NCBI GenBank assembly: GCA_041910335.1
Contig: JAYRRF010000010.1
Location: 1-57,564, forward strand
From: Candidatus Moraniibacteriota bacterium
GTDB taxonomy: Bacteria; Patescibacteriota; Minisyncoccia; Moranbacterales; UBA1568
DNA: 57,564 nt
Direction of reading: 5' to 3'
The notes beneath the pieces were generated by a model, which searched no databases, was not told the DNA's origin, and saw only the letters and a program-made list of their open reading frames with translations. The position numbers and the translations under genes were made by a program. This document shows, piece after piece, positions 12,381 to 21,586 of this stretch. Every line of letters starts with the position of its first letter. The first letter of the stretch is position 1.

Positions 12381-13181
12381 CTAAGCGATTTTGAATATCG
12401 TCTGAAAATTCTGCTCCAGTTGTTTATCAAGCTCCTCATCAGTCATATGCAGTAAATCACTCACTTTTCGAGCAGTTTCCATCACATACGCTGGCTCATT
12501 CCGCTTCCCTCGATAATTCTGCGGTGCCAAAAAAGGACAGTCTGTCTCCACAAAGATTCTTTCTTTAGGAATAATCTTCACTGTTTCGGTAATGTCATCT
12601 TGAGTACCTATGAGATGTTTTTTGACCGGATAAGTGATATTTCCCGTGAATGAAAAGTACACCTGAGGCAGAGTCAGAAACTTCTTTGTCACCTCCGTAT
12701 CTCCCATGTAGCAATGAAGGATGACGGGTAGAGCAAATTGAGCCTCCTCCAAAGTAGCTAGGAGATCTTCGTAGGCATCTCGACAGTGGACAATGACCGG
12801 TAACGCCTTCTTTAGCGCAAGAGCAAGCTGCTCTTGGAAACCTCTCTTTTGTCGCGCTTTCGTAGCCTCATCAATTCCACCATGACTAAGAGAGTAATCA
12901 AGGCCACACTCACCTATGGCTATTACCTTCTCATCAGAAGCCATCTGTTCAAGTGCAGTCAAGTATTGCCCTACTTCACTGCGAAATTCATTCGGGTGAA
13001 TACCCACTGCCGCAAAAACATTATCGTGAGCATGAGCAAGCGCAAGCGCTTTCTCACTTTCTAGTAGAGTCGTACCTACTACTATCATTTGATTCACTCC
13101 CACCTTTCGAGCACGCAGAATGACCTCGTCTCGATCATCATCATAGCTCTCCCAATACAAATGGGTATGAATATCCTGCAT
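12381..13181 (-). CDS. tatD: TatD family deoxyribonuclease
   Basis: DIHTH, GIHP, AIGECGLDY, VETDCPFLAP...GKRNEP. Confidence 0.93.
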   Translation of the reverse strand: MQDIHTHLYWESYDDDRDEVILRARKVGVNQMIVVGTTLLESEKALALAHAHDNVFAAVGIHPNEFRSEVGQYLTALEQMASDEKVIAIGECGLDYSLSHGGIDEATKARQKRGFQEQLALALKKALPVIVHCRDAYEDLLATLEEAQFALPVILHCYMGDTEVTKKFLTLPQVYFSFTGNITYPVKKHLIGTQDDITETVKIIPKERIFVETDCPFLAPQNYRGKRNEPAYVMETARKVSDLLHMTDEELDKQLEQNFQTIFKIA

Positions 13182-13184
13182 ACG

Positions 13185-14600
13185 CTAGATACGCTGAAAC
13201 AATGGCTCTGTTTTACCTTCTCTCAATGCAGTTTGGATCTTGTTGGCAGTTTCAGGAAGAAATGGCTTAAGAGAAAAGGCAATAAGCTCAATATCAGTCA
13301 AAAGCTTCTGCATCACCTCATCAAAACGTGCTTGGTTTTCCCTGACCAGCTTCCATGGTTCTTCACGACTCATATCTTCATTAGCTTGACGTACTCTCTT
13401 CATGATTTCTCCTAGTGCCTCTGAGAGACTATATTGTTCTAAAGCCTCTTCATACACGGAAGAAAGAGTGGCGCCAGGCCCTGGAGTATAGCTTGCCTCC
13501 ATCTTTTCTGACAATTTCATCACGCGTGATACGAGATTACCAAGTCCATTCGCAAGGTCAGCATTGTAGGTTTCTTTCATCCGCTCTGGAGTCAAATCCA
13601 TATCTTCACCAAAAGTTCCACCTGCAAGCAAAAGATATCGTGTCCCATCTACTCCAAAAGTTTTGAGCATCTCATCAATACTGATCACATTCCCAAGAGT
13701 TTTACTCATTTTCTTACCACCTGAGAGGATATGTCCATGTGTGAATAGTACCTTAGTAACTGGAAACCCAAGGTGAAGCAACAGTATCTGCCAGATTGTA
13801 GCATGGACACGAAGAATATCTTTTCCAATAAGCTGTACATCGGCAGGCCAGGCTGCTGGTGCCATACCTTTACCATCCCATCCCAAAACTGTCAGATAGT
13901 TTAGGAAAGCGTCTACCCAGACATAGGTAGTGTGCGATGCATCAAAAGGAAGTGGTATCCCCCACTCTACGTTTTTGCGAGAAAGTGAGATGTCTTCGAG
14001 GGTTTGCTTCTCGAGAAAACTAATCATCTCTTTTTTGTATTTTGCTGGCTGTATCAAGAGTTCATCTGATTTGATTTTAGCTAGAAGTGTAGACTGAAGT
14101 TCAGTCATCCTGAGCATATAACTTTCTTCTGTCATACGCTCTGGAATGCGGTTATGATCTGGACACTTGCCGTCTACAAGATCACTCTCCATTTTGAATT
14201 GCTCACAGCCGACACAGTACAAACCTTCATACTCCCCTTTATAGATAGCTCCTTTTTCATATAATTGCGTGAGTACATTTGTCACCGCAGCCTTATGCTT
14301 TGGATCAGTGGTACGAATAAAGTAATCCTGACTGATATTAAGCTTCTGCCAAAGCCCCACAAAAGCCTGAGCGATTCCATCTACAAATTCTTGCGGTTGC
14401 CGGTTTTCTTCTATTGCTTTCTCGGCAATCTTAGCTCCATGTTCATCTGTACCAGTACTGAATATCACCTCTTCTCCAGATAGTCGTTTGGCACGCGCAA
14501 TAACGTCGGCGGCCACGGTAGTATAAGCATGCCCGATGTGAGGCAGGCCATTGGCGTAATATATAGGAGTAGTGACAAAAAAGGGTTTTTTTGTTGGCAT
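13185..14600 (-). CDS. metG: Methionine--tRNA ligase (short form)
   Basis: TTPIYYANGLPHIGH, KMSKT, one Zn knuckle; start moved to ATG 14600. Confidence 0.96.
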   Translation of the reverse strand: MPTKKPFFVTTPIYYANGLPHIGHAYTTVAADVIARAKRLSGEEVIFSTGTDEHGAKIAEKAIEENRQPQEFVDGIAQAFVGLWQKLNISQDYFIRTTDPKHKAAVTNVLTQLYEKGAIYKGEYEGLYCVGCEQFKMESDLVDGKCPDHNRIPERMTEESYMLRMTELQSTLLAKIKSDELLIQPAKYKKEMISFLEKQTLEDISLSRKNVEWGIPLPFDASHTTYVWVDAFLNYLTVLGWDGKGMAPAAWPADVQLIGKDILRVHATIWQILLLHLGFPVTKVLFTHGHILSGGKKMSKTLGNVISIDEMLKTFGVDGTRYLLLAGGTFGEDMDLTPERMKETYNADLANGLGNLVSRVMKLSEKMEASYTPGPGATLSSVYEEALEQYSLSEALGEIMKRVRQANEDMSREEPWKLVRENQARFDEVMQKLLTDIELIAFSLKPFLPETANKIQTALREGKTEPLFQRI

Positions 14601-14680
14601 ATTCGTAGGCCTTGATACCTCTCTACCATGGCATAAAGTACGCTTTCTGTCGACCACCTACCTCTCACGTCCATAGGGGG

Positions 14681-14709
14681 TTGACGATTCTCCTGGAGAG
14701 GAGTAGATT
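14681..14709 (+). promoter_or_regulatory. Putative sigma70 promoter for the plus-strand orphan islet
   Basis: TTGACG-N17-TAGATT. Confidence 0.6.
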
Positions 14710-14767
14710 GCCAGGGTAAGCCTTGAGACAGCTTACACCCACAGACTGCTAATGAAGGGGACTTCAA

Positions 14768-15007
14768 ATGTGTTTCAAATGCGATAATAACATGGCTGGC
14801 ATCTGCCTCGACTCTGGAATGGTCATCATTCCCCGAGATTCGTCGGGCAACATGACTCTGACCCTCCATCAGAATACCGAGAGGTGTCACGGGGCACATC
14901 TCTTGCCGGGCCAGACCTCCATTCGTCAGGCACCCAATGCCGACACCCCCCGGCGCACCGAGGATATTCCTCGGAACACCGTCCGGAAGGAACCTCGCAA
15001 CCAATAG
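14768..15007 (+). CDS. Hypothetical Cys/His-rich small protein (79 aa)
   Basis: Downstream of a promoter with purine-rich GAAGGGG before the ATG; MCFKC...CHGAH. No recognised family, and it could instead be non-coding. Confidence 0.4.
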   Translation: MCFKCDNNMAGICLDSGMVIIPRDSSGNMTLTLHQNTERCHGAHLLPGQTSIRQAPNADTPRRTEDIPRNTVRKEPRNQ

Positions 15008-15102
15008 GTCGCGAAACTTTCGCAAATTTTCGGGTCAACACACCCACACGCTGGGGTCGCTTGCAAATGCATGCGGCCCCTCAAGCGTCTTAGGAGTCAA
15101 CA

Positions 15103-15303
15103 TTGAAAGATCTTTCCAGGGAAATTTGGGATGATTGCCGGACTATCCTCAAAAATCTGTTCTTTTCCAAGGGCTCTCCTTGGATGAGACTGCTACGGAT
15201 ATTCGCAGGCATTCTCCTTATCATCTATCTGATGCTCCCCCTGAGCATCTTCATCCTAGCTGGCGTCTATGCCATCTATCGATATCTCAAGAAAAAGGAG
15301 TGA
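15103..15303 (+). CDS. Small membrane protein (66 aa)
   Basis: AGGAG 6 nt before a TTG start; hydrophobic segment with basic C-terminus YRYLKKKE. Confidence 0.6.
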   Translation: MKDLSREIWDDCRTILKNLFFSKGSPWMRLLRIFAGILLIIYLMLPLSIFILAGVYAIYRYLKKKE

Positions 15304-15309
15304 ACGAAA

Positions 15310-15341
15310 ACGGCCACCAGCAAAACCTTGCTCGTGGCCGT
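15310..15341. terminator. Strong hairpin between convergent genes
   Basis: ACGGCCAC-CAGCAA-AACC-TTGCT-C-GTGGCCGT; followed by TTTCGTT on the minus strand. Confidence 0.7.
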
Positions 15342-15351
15342 CAACCGTTTT

Positions 15352-16020
15352 TTAGTACACAATAATGACGAATTCACCTTTGACTTTACTTGGCTGGGAG
15401 GCAAAATACTCTTCTATCTCCTCTATGTTTCCCCGCACTATCTCCTCGAACATCTTCGTCAATTCTCTCCCAATGATCACTCGCTTCTCTGGAGCAAGTT
15501 CGCGGAGAAGCGCTAGATTTTTCAGTACTCGATGGGGCGACTCATAGTACATTGCTGGTATTTTACTCTCTCCTACTTGAGTGAAAAAAGTCTGTCGTCC
15601 TTTCTTGTGTGGTGGAAAACCAAGAAAAACAAATTCTCGCATATCTATCCCCGCTACCGATACGAGGGCCGTCAAAGCCGATACACCAGGAATAGGCACC
15701 ACTCCGAGCTTCGCTTCAATAGCTGCTGCTACAAGCACATTGCCTGGATCAGAAAGTCCTGGCGTCCCAGCGTCTGTCACGAGTGCTATGTTCTCCCCAG
15801 CCTGTAAGCGTTCGATGAGACCATCTATCTTCTTCTGGTCACTATGCTCATGAAAAGAAGAAAGCGACTTAGTGATTTCATAATGAAACAAAAGCTTCTT
15901 CGTCACGCGGGTATCCTCACACAAAATAAGATCGACTTGCTTCAGTATCTCCAAAGCACGAACAGTGATATCACCAAGATTACCGATAGGGGTAGCGACG
16001 ATGTAGAGTGTCCCAGACAT
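15352..16020 (-). CDS. rsmI: 16S rRNA C1402 2'-O-methyltransferase
   Basis: LYIVATPIGNLGDIT, CEDTR, DAGTPGLSDPG, RELTK. Confidence 0.95.
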   Translation of the reverse strand: MSGTLYIVATPIGNLGDITVRALEILKQVDLILCEDTRVTKKLLFHYEITKSLSSFHEHSDQKKIDGLIERLQAGENIALVTDAGTPGLSDPGNVLVAAAIEAKLGVVPIPGVSALTALVSVAGIDMREFVFLGFPPHKKGRQTFFTQVGESKIPAMYYESPHRVLKNLALLRELAPEKRVIIGRELTKMFEEIVRGNIEEIEEYFASQPSKVKGEFVIIVY

Positions 16021-16030
16021 AGAAGTACCT

Positions 16031-17299
16031 TTAGAGGTGAAGGAGTTTCTCAAGCTTTGCTTTCTTGGCGTCAGGACTAATCACAGCGAGATTGAGACGC
16101 TTGTTCGTAAAAATCATCTTTGCTACTCGTAAGACATCCTCGGCTGTCACCTTGTCTATGGCACGCACTTTGTCTTTGGGGAGAGTGATGTTGTTTTGTA
16201 GCACTTCTTGCCCGACCAGGTACTCTATCACATCATCTGAGCCTTCAAGACCAAGAGCCATTCGTCCCTTGAGACTCTCTTTGGCTTTCTTGAGTTCATC
16301 TTTCCCTACCAGCTCTGTCGCAATCTTTCGGTACTCTGAGAGGATAACTTCGAGCGCCTTCTCTAGGTTTTCATGTTCTACACCTGCTTGCGTAGAAAGA
16401 TAGCCTGCATCAAGAAAAAGATCTGTACCCGTACGCACCGTATACGCAAGCCCTCGACGCTCACGTACCTCTATAAAAAGACGCGAAGACATACCTCCTC
16501 CAAGGATGGTCGCCAAAACAGAAAGGGCGGCTTTATCTTTGTGAAATATATCAAAAGTCCTCACGCCAACGACGAGCTGAGTTTGATCTACCTTTTTGTT
16601 TTGGAGATACACTTGTGGGGTAGACTGCTTGTCTACTGCTTTTTTCATCGCTGGTTTTTTGCCAGTTCGTACCTCTGCAAATATTTTTTCGATTTCACGC
16701 TTGACCACCTTCGGGTCTATCTTGCCAGCGACACCAACGACGATATTCGGAGCGACATAGGCGCGGTTGAGAAATTTAATAAAATCCTTACGCATGAACG
16801 CTTTGATATTGCTCTTTGGTCCACCAATATCCCAACCAAGCGGTGTATCACCATACAGAAGTGTTTTGAAGTGCTCCTGTATCCGACGCATCGGCATATC
16901 TTCATACATGTTGAGCTCCTGTAGTATCGCTCCTCGCTCGCGGTCAATTTCTTCTTGCTCTAGCTTGGCATTCAAGAAAAGATCAGAGACTACATCCAAT
17001 GCCGTAGCCCAGTGCTTTGAAGCAACTTTAGCATAGTAGCCAGTATACTCTTCTCCTGTGAAAGCATTGTATTCTGCTCCAAGACCATCAAGCTCCTTAC
17101 TGATATCAAGTGCTGTCGGACGTTTCTCTGTCCCCTTGAAAAACATATGCTCCAAAAAGTGAGCGAGGCCGTTCTCTTCTCTGGTTTCATAGCGTGAACC
17201 TGCTCCTGTCATGATAAGCACAGTCGCTGTGTCTGTGTCTTGCATCGGTGCCAAAATAATACGGAGACCGTTTTTGAGAGTATGTTTCTGGTATTTCAT
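16031..17299 (-). CDS. M16 family zinc peptidase
   Basis: Inverted Zn motif HFLEH, NAFT, GGGMSSRLF; start moved to ATG 17299. Confidence 0.93.
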   Translation of the reverse strand: MKYQKHTLKNGLRIILAPMQDTDTATVLIMTGAGSRYETREENGLAHFLEHMFFKGTEKRPTALDISKELDGLGAEYNAFTGEEYTGYYAKVASKHWATALDVVSDLFLNAKLEQEEIDRERGAILQELNMYEDMPMRRIQEHFKTLLYGDTPLGWDIGGPKSNIKAFMRKDFIKFLNRAYVAPNIVVGVAGKIDPKVVKREIEKIFAEVRTGKKPAMKKAVDKQSTPQVYLQNKKVDQTQLVVGVRTFDIFHKDKAALSVLATILGGGMSSRLFIEVRERRGLAYTVRTGTDLFLDAGYLSTQAGVEHENLEKALEVILSEYRKIATELVGKDELKKAKESLKGRMALGLEGSDDVIEYLVGQEVLQNNITLPKDKVRAIDKVTAEDVLRVAKMIFTNKRLNLAVISPDAKKAKLEKLLHL

Positions 17300-17322
17300 A
17301 GTTATATAACGAATGGATTGAG

Positions 17323-18732
17323 TTACATTTTTTCCAACCACGTCACTAAGAGTCTTACTGGTGAGCCTTTAGCACCTTTAGCCAAATGTTCATCAAAGAC
17401 GGAGGTCATCGTAGGTGCCATATCAAGATGAACAAACCATGGGTACGTCTTACCAAAGTGGTACAAGAACGTCGCAGCGGTGATAGCGCCACCTACTCCA
17501 TCACGTCCCTTGGTTCGGACATTAGCGATGTCGGCAATATTACCAACTATCTCACTTTCATATTCTTCCCAAAGTGGCATTCGCCAAGCGAGATCACCTG
17601 TCTGTTCACCAGCTTCCAAGAGTTTAGCTGCCTGTACATCATCACGTGTGAAGAGTGCTGTTGCTCGCTCTCCCAAAGCCACAGCTGCAGCGCCAGTGAG
17701 TGTCGCTACATCAAGGACGCCTGCTGGCTTAAATCGCTTGGCATAGATAAGTGCATCAGCCAGAATGAGACGACCCTCAGCATCGGTATGACCTATCTCT
17801 ACGGTAGTACCATCGAGCATGGTCACCACATCCCCTGGACGAAAACTCTCTCCTCCAGGCATGTTCTCCACTGCTGGCACAAGAGCGACAATATTTTTCT
17901 TAATACCAAGCTGAGCAAGTATCAAAGTCGTCGCGAGTACAGCGCCTCCACCACTCATATCCATCATCATGTCGAGTGCATAGGGATGTGGCTTGGTATC
18001 GATACCACCACTATCGAAAGTTACTCCCTTCCCTACGAGGACTATTGGTGCCTCGCCGGTCTTACCTCCCTTATAAAAAAGCTCGATAAACTGAGACTCT
18101 TCCTTACTACCTTTTCCCACTGCCATCACTCCGCCCATACCAAGACGATCAATACCTTTCTGACCAAGCACTTTGAGTTTGAGGTGTGAGTTTTTGAGTG
18201 CGGCTACTTTTTTCCTCACTGCAAGCGCGAGAAGTTTCGGCGTCATGTCATTGCCTGGAATATTGGCTAAGTCTCGGTACCAATTGAGATATTCTCCATG
18301 GACGAGACCGCGCACTACACCCTTCTTAACGGCCGAGAGGTCTTTCGAAGTCACTACTAATATCACTTGCTTAAGGCCATGATAACTTTCTTTATCCTTC
18401 TTCTTATAGCGAGCGAAGGTATAGCCCGCAAGAGCAAAGTTTTCTGCAACAAGAGTAGCTAGCGTCTCAGTCGTGTCTTTTTTCAGAATTGGATATCGCA
18501 CTAGATCATCCCACGCCACAACTACCTGAGCGAGGTGATGCTTCTGTGCCAACGCTACTACTTCGCGCACAAGAAGAAACCATTTTCTTCGGGTCAACTC
18601 TTCTTTTTTGCTGACCTTAAGAACTATTTCTTGTTGGCCGCCTTTCTCACGAAAAAATGAAGCATGGATTTTTTCATCAAAGATGACACGCGTTGTGCTT
18701 TTGGGAGCTACTCCAATAACTGTAATTTTCAT
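17323..18732 (-). CDS. pepA: M17 leucyl aminopeptidase
   Basis: GKGVTFDSGG, DM, TDAEGRL, TLTGA. Confidence 0.93.
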   Translation of the reverse strand: MKITVIGVAPKSTTRVIFDEKIHASFFREKGGQQEIVLKVSKKEELTRRKWFLLVREVVALAQKHHLAQVVVAWDDLVRYPILKKDTTETLATLVAENFALAGYTFARYKKKDKESYHGLKQVILVVTSKDLSAVKKGVVRGLVHGEYLNWYRDLANIPGNDMTPKLLALAVRKKVAALKNSHLKLKVLGQKGIDRLGMGGVMAVGKGSKEESQFIELFYKGGKTGEAPIVLVGKGVTFDSGGIDTKPHPYALDMMMDMSGGGAVLATTLILAQLGIKKNIVALVPAVENMPGGESFRPGDVVTMLDGTTVEIGHTDAEGRLILADALIYAKRFKPAGVLDVATLTGAAAVALGERATALFTRDDVQAAKLLEAGEQTGDLAWRMPLWEEYESEIVGNIADIANVRTKGRDGVGGAITAATFLYHFGKTYPWFVHLDMAPTMTSVFDEHLAKGAKGSPVRLLVTWLEKM

Positions 18733-18752
18733 GCTAGTAATGTTTGGTTTTT

Positions 18753-20135
18753 TTACTTGGTCAAAAATATCTTTAGGTCTGTGATAGCGACACGCTTCTG
18801 TTCCATTGTGTCGCGATCACGCACGGTTACTGTATCATCCTCGAGAGTGTCGAAGTCAATCGTGACACAATACGGAGTACCGATTTCATCCTGGCGGCGG
18901 TAGCGTTTACCGACATTACCATTATCATCCCATTCACACCGCAGGTGTGGTCTGAGTTTATCGAAGACCTTTCGTGCTTTCTCTACCAATTCTGGCTTAT
19001 TCTTCATCAACGGAAAGACAGCTACCTGCACTGGAGCCAATTTTTTAGGAAGCTTGAGTACTGTACGCACATCCCCTTCTCCAACCTCTTCTTCTGTGTA
19101 AGCGTCACACAATACCATGAGAAATGTACGGTCAAGCCCAACAGAAGTCTCGACTATCCAAGGTATGAACTTTTTATTAGTCACTGGGTCACGATAGGAG
19201 AGATCTACTCCAGAGAACTGACTATGTTGAGTTAGATCATAGTCGCTCCGATTATGAATCCCTTCCAACTCCTTGAAACCAAATGGGTAACGGTATTCGA
19301 TGTCCCAGGCCGCCTTGGCATAGAACACGAGATTTTCATGTTCATGCCACTGAAGATTTTCCTTCTTGATACCAAGGTCGAGATAGTACTGAAAACGCTT
19401 TTCTCGCCATTCATTATAGAATTGTTCAGCTTCTTCCGGGCGGACAAAAAACTGCATTTCCATCTGCTCAAATTCACGTTTGCGAAAAATAAATTGTCTT
19501 GCTGTGATTTCATTGCGGAAGGCCTTACCGATCTGAGCAATACCAAAAGGCACCTTCACACGCGTAGAGTCCAGCACGTTCTTGAAATTGATATAAATCC
19601 CCTGACAGGTCTCACCCCGGAGATATGTCTTGTTTTCCCCTGTTCCAGTAAAATCGCCGAGATTAGACTCTACGAGAAGGTTGAAGTTCTTAGCCTCACT
19701 CCACTCCTTCTGTCCACACTTTGGACAAGCTATTTTACTTTTGTATTCATCAAAAAGCTGATTTATTTGTACTTCCGTCATTTTCTCATCAGCAGTCACC
19801 CCGATCTCTTCGAGAAGATGGTCGACGCGTGAGCGAGTCTGACACTTCTTACATTCAGCTAAAGGATCACTAAACCCTCCCACGTGACCACTCGCTTCCC
19901 ATACACGTGGATGCATGAAGATAGCACTATCCAGTCCGACGATATTATCATGCTCATGCACCATAGCTTGCCACCAGGCTTCGCGGATATTCTTAGCAAG
20001 CTCCACTCCGTATGGACCAAAGTCATACACCGCTGCAAAGCCTCCGTATATCTCAGAAGAAGGAAAAACAAAGCCCCTTCTCTTTGCCAGAGAGACAATC
20101 TTTTCCATAGTGACCTGGTTTTGGCTTGATTCCAT
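18753..20135 (-). CDS. glyQS: Glycine--tRNA ligase, homodimeric (eukaryote/archaea-like) type
   Basis: LRGETCQGI, GKAFRNEIT, EFEQMEMQFF, anticodon-binding domain DEIGTPYC. Confidence 0.96.
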   Translation of the reverse strand: MESSQNQVTMEKIVSLAKRRGFVFPSSEIYGGFAAVYDFGPYGVELAKNIREAWWQAMVHEHDNIVGLDSAIFMHPRVWEASGHVGGFSDPLAECKKCQTRSRVDHLLEEIGVTADEKMTEVQINQLFDEYKSKIACPKCGQKEWSEAKNFNLLVESNLGDFTGTGENKTYLRGETCQGIYINFKNVLDSTRVKVPFGIAQIGKAFRNEITARQFIFRKREFEQMEMQFFVRPEEAEQFYNEWREKRFQYYLDLGIKKENLQWHEHENLVFYAKAAWDIEYRYPFGFKELEGIHNRSDYDLTQHSQFSGVDLSYRDPVTNKKFIPWIVETSVGLDRTFLMVLCDAYTEEEVGEGDVRTVLKLPKKLAPVQVAVFPLMKNKPELVEKARKVFDKLRPHLRCEWDDNGNVGKRYRRQDEIGTPYCVTIDFDTLEDDTVTVRDRDTMEQKRVAITDLKIFLTK

Positions 20136-20243
20136 AGTTTTAAACTTGACTTTATATGGTTTTTATGTCACAGTCTCTTGGTGCAAGAGGCTTAACAAGC
20201 CGATTATACAGGAATTCACGCTCTTGTGAAAGGATTCAAGAAC

Positions 20244-20438
20244 ATGCTTTCGAGTGACAAAGAAGCTCAACTCTTGGCCAGCCTCATCAATGCTGCCAAC
20301 AATGGCCGTGTCGTGGCTCACCCAGATGTTATCGTTGATCAGCGGCTCACTTCTCCCGAAGCTCGACGCCTCCGAGAAATCCAGGATGAATACATTGCGG
20401 CAGCTAAGTCTGCCAATTGCATAGGAGGTAGCGGCTGA
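20244..20438 (+). CDS. Hypothetical small protein (64 aa)
   Basis: AAGGA upstream of the ATG, fills the glyQS-tgt gap, followed by a strong hairpin. Confidence 0.5.
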   Translation: MLSSDKEAQLLASLINAANNGRVVAHPDVIVDQRLTSPEARRLREIQDEYIAAAKSANCIGGSG

Positions 20439-20462
20439 ACCAGCCCCTACCTCCTTTCGCGT
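20425..20462 (+). terminator. Hairpin/terminator after the small ORF
   Basis: GGAGGTAG-C-GGCTG-AAC-CAGCC-C-CTACCTCC followed by TTTCGCGTTTT. Confidence 0.65.
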
Positions 20463-20463
20463 T

Positions 20464-21582
20464 TTAAGAGCGTAGTTTTTCTATGAGCCTAGTATAAAAA
20501 CGAAGATTGTGTGCTGAGGCAAGCTTCAATGCTAGCGGCTCACCAACTGTAAATAGGTGCCTCAGATAGCTTCGTGAATAGTGACGACAAAGCTCGCAGT
20601 CACAACTCGAGTCAATTGGTCCGAAATCCTCTCGATGTTCTGCATTGGTGATATTAATAGTTGTATAAAAAGCCTGAGAAGAATCAAGACTCTCTTCGGG
20701 TGTATCGAAAATAAAGAGTCTTCCGTGTCTTCCTTCCCGTGTCGGAATGACACAGTCAAACATGTCCCACCCCATTTCATAAAACCTTACGATATCCATT
20801 GGTGTACCTACACCGAGAGCAAAGCGTGGTGTCTCTTCAGGAATAATCTCAGCTGTATAGCGAACAATGTCCTCCATGAATATCCCCTCCTCATCTATAT
20901 GTCTCCCTCCAAAGCCATAGCCATCAAAGTCCATCTCAGCAAGTGCCTCAGCGCAACGAAGACGCAATTCTTTTTCTTTACCCCCCTGTACTACTCCGAA
21001 GAGAAGGGGTCTCGTCTTATTGGTCAGTCCTCGAGTCTCTACTTGCCTATCATACTCGTCCTTACAGCGCTTCGCCCAGCGTATCGTTCGCTCCACTGAT
21101 TCTGCCATTTCTTCATAACTGACATCGTTAGGACGAGGGTCGTCGAGGCACACCATGATATCTACACCAAGATCGAACTGAATCTGGATAGAACGCTCTG
21201 GGGTGAGAAGCTTCTTGTCACCAGTAGTCGGCACACGAAACTCTGCTCCATCTTCGGTGATACGTCCAAGAGAGCTATCTTTGTGAATCAAAGAAAATAC
21301 CTGATACCCGCCCGAATCAGAGAGTACCGGTCTATCCCAATGCATAAATGTGTGAATCCCCCCACTTTCTGCAACAAGTTTTTCTCCCGGCTGAATGAAG
21401 AGATGATACGTATTCACTACCAACGCTTCTACACCAACCTTGATAAGATCTTCGGGCGTCACTCCTCTAACTGTAGCGCGCGTCGCATCCGGCATAAAAA
21501 ACGGAGTCTCGACAACTCCGGATTTAGTATTGAGAATACCGACTCTCTTCTGTTCGTGACGACTCTTGATCTGCCAACTCAT
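20464..21582 (-). CDS. tgt: tRNA-guanine transglycosylase (divergent pocket)
   Basis: VETPFFMP, VVNTYHL, DSGGYQVFSL, DMFDCVIP, Zn site CDCELC...HNL. Confidence 0.93.
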   Translation of the reverse strand: MSWQIKSRHEQKRVGILNTKSGVVETPFFMPDATRATVRGVTPEDLIKVGVEALVVNTYHLFIQPGEKLVAESGGIHTFMHWDRPVLSDSGGYQVFSLIHKDSSLGRITEDGAEFRVPTTGDKKLLTPERSIQIQFDLGVDIMVCLDDPRPNDVSYEEMAESVERTIRWAKRCKDEYDRQVETRGLTNKTRPLLFGVVQGGKEKELRLRCAEALAEMDFDGYGFGGRHIDEEGIFMEDIVRYTAEIIPEETPRFALGVGTPMDIVRFYEMGWDMFDCVIPTREGRHGRLFIFDTPEESLDSSQAFYTTINITNAEHREDFGPIDSSCDCELCRHYSRSYLRHLFTVGEPLALKLASAHNLRFYTRLIEKLRS

Positions 21583-21586
21583 ATAT

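Noticed and set aside
14981-14992. GTCCGGAAGGAA, matching the helix-8 tip of E. coli 4.5S SRP RNA
   Set aside because: The flanking CAGG and AGCAG loop nucleotides and the long enclosing stem are missing; probably chance.
14465-15025. 186-aa minus-strand ORF overlapping the metG start
   Set aside because: Out of frame with metG, antisense to the islet, with no motif; treated as a shadow ORF.
15103-15303. DUF1232/YkvA assignment
   Set aside because: The characteristic P-x-D-x-x-P-D motif is absent.
17900-18050. Apparent loss of a Lys in PepA (MMMD instead of MKxD)
   Set aside because: That Lys is not a metal ligand; the ligand and catalytic residues in GKGVTFD, TKP, D and DAEGR are present.
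17386-18189. Long plus-strand ORFs opposite pepA, glyQS, tgt, atpB and other genes
   Set aside because: They are antisense shadows of clear genes and lack motifs or RBS.
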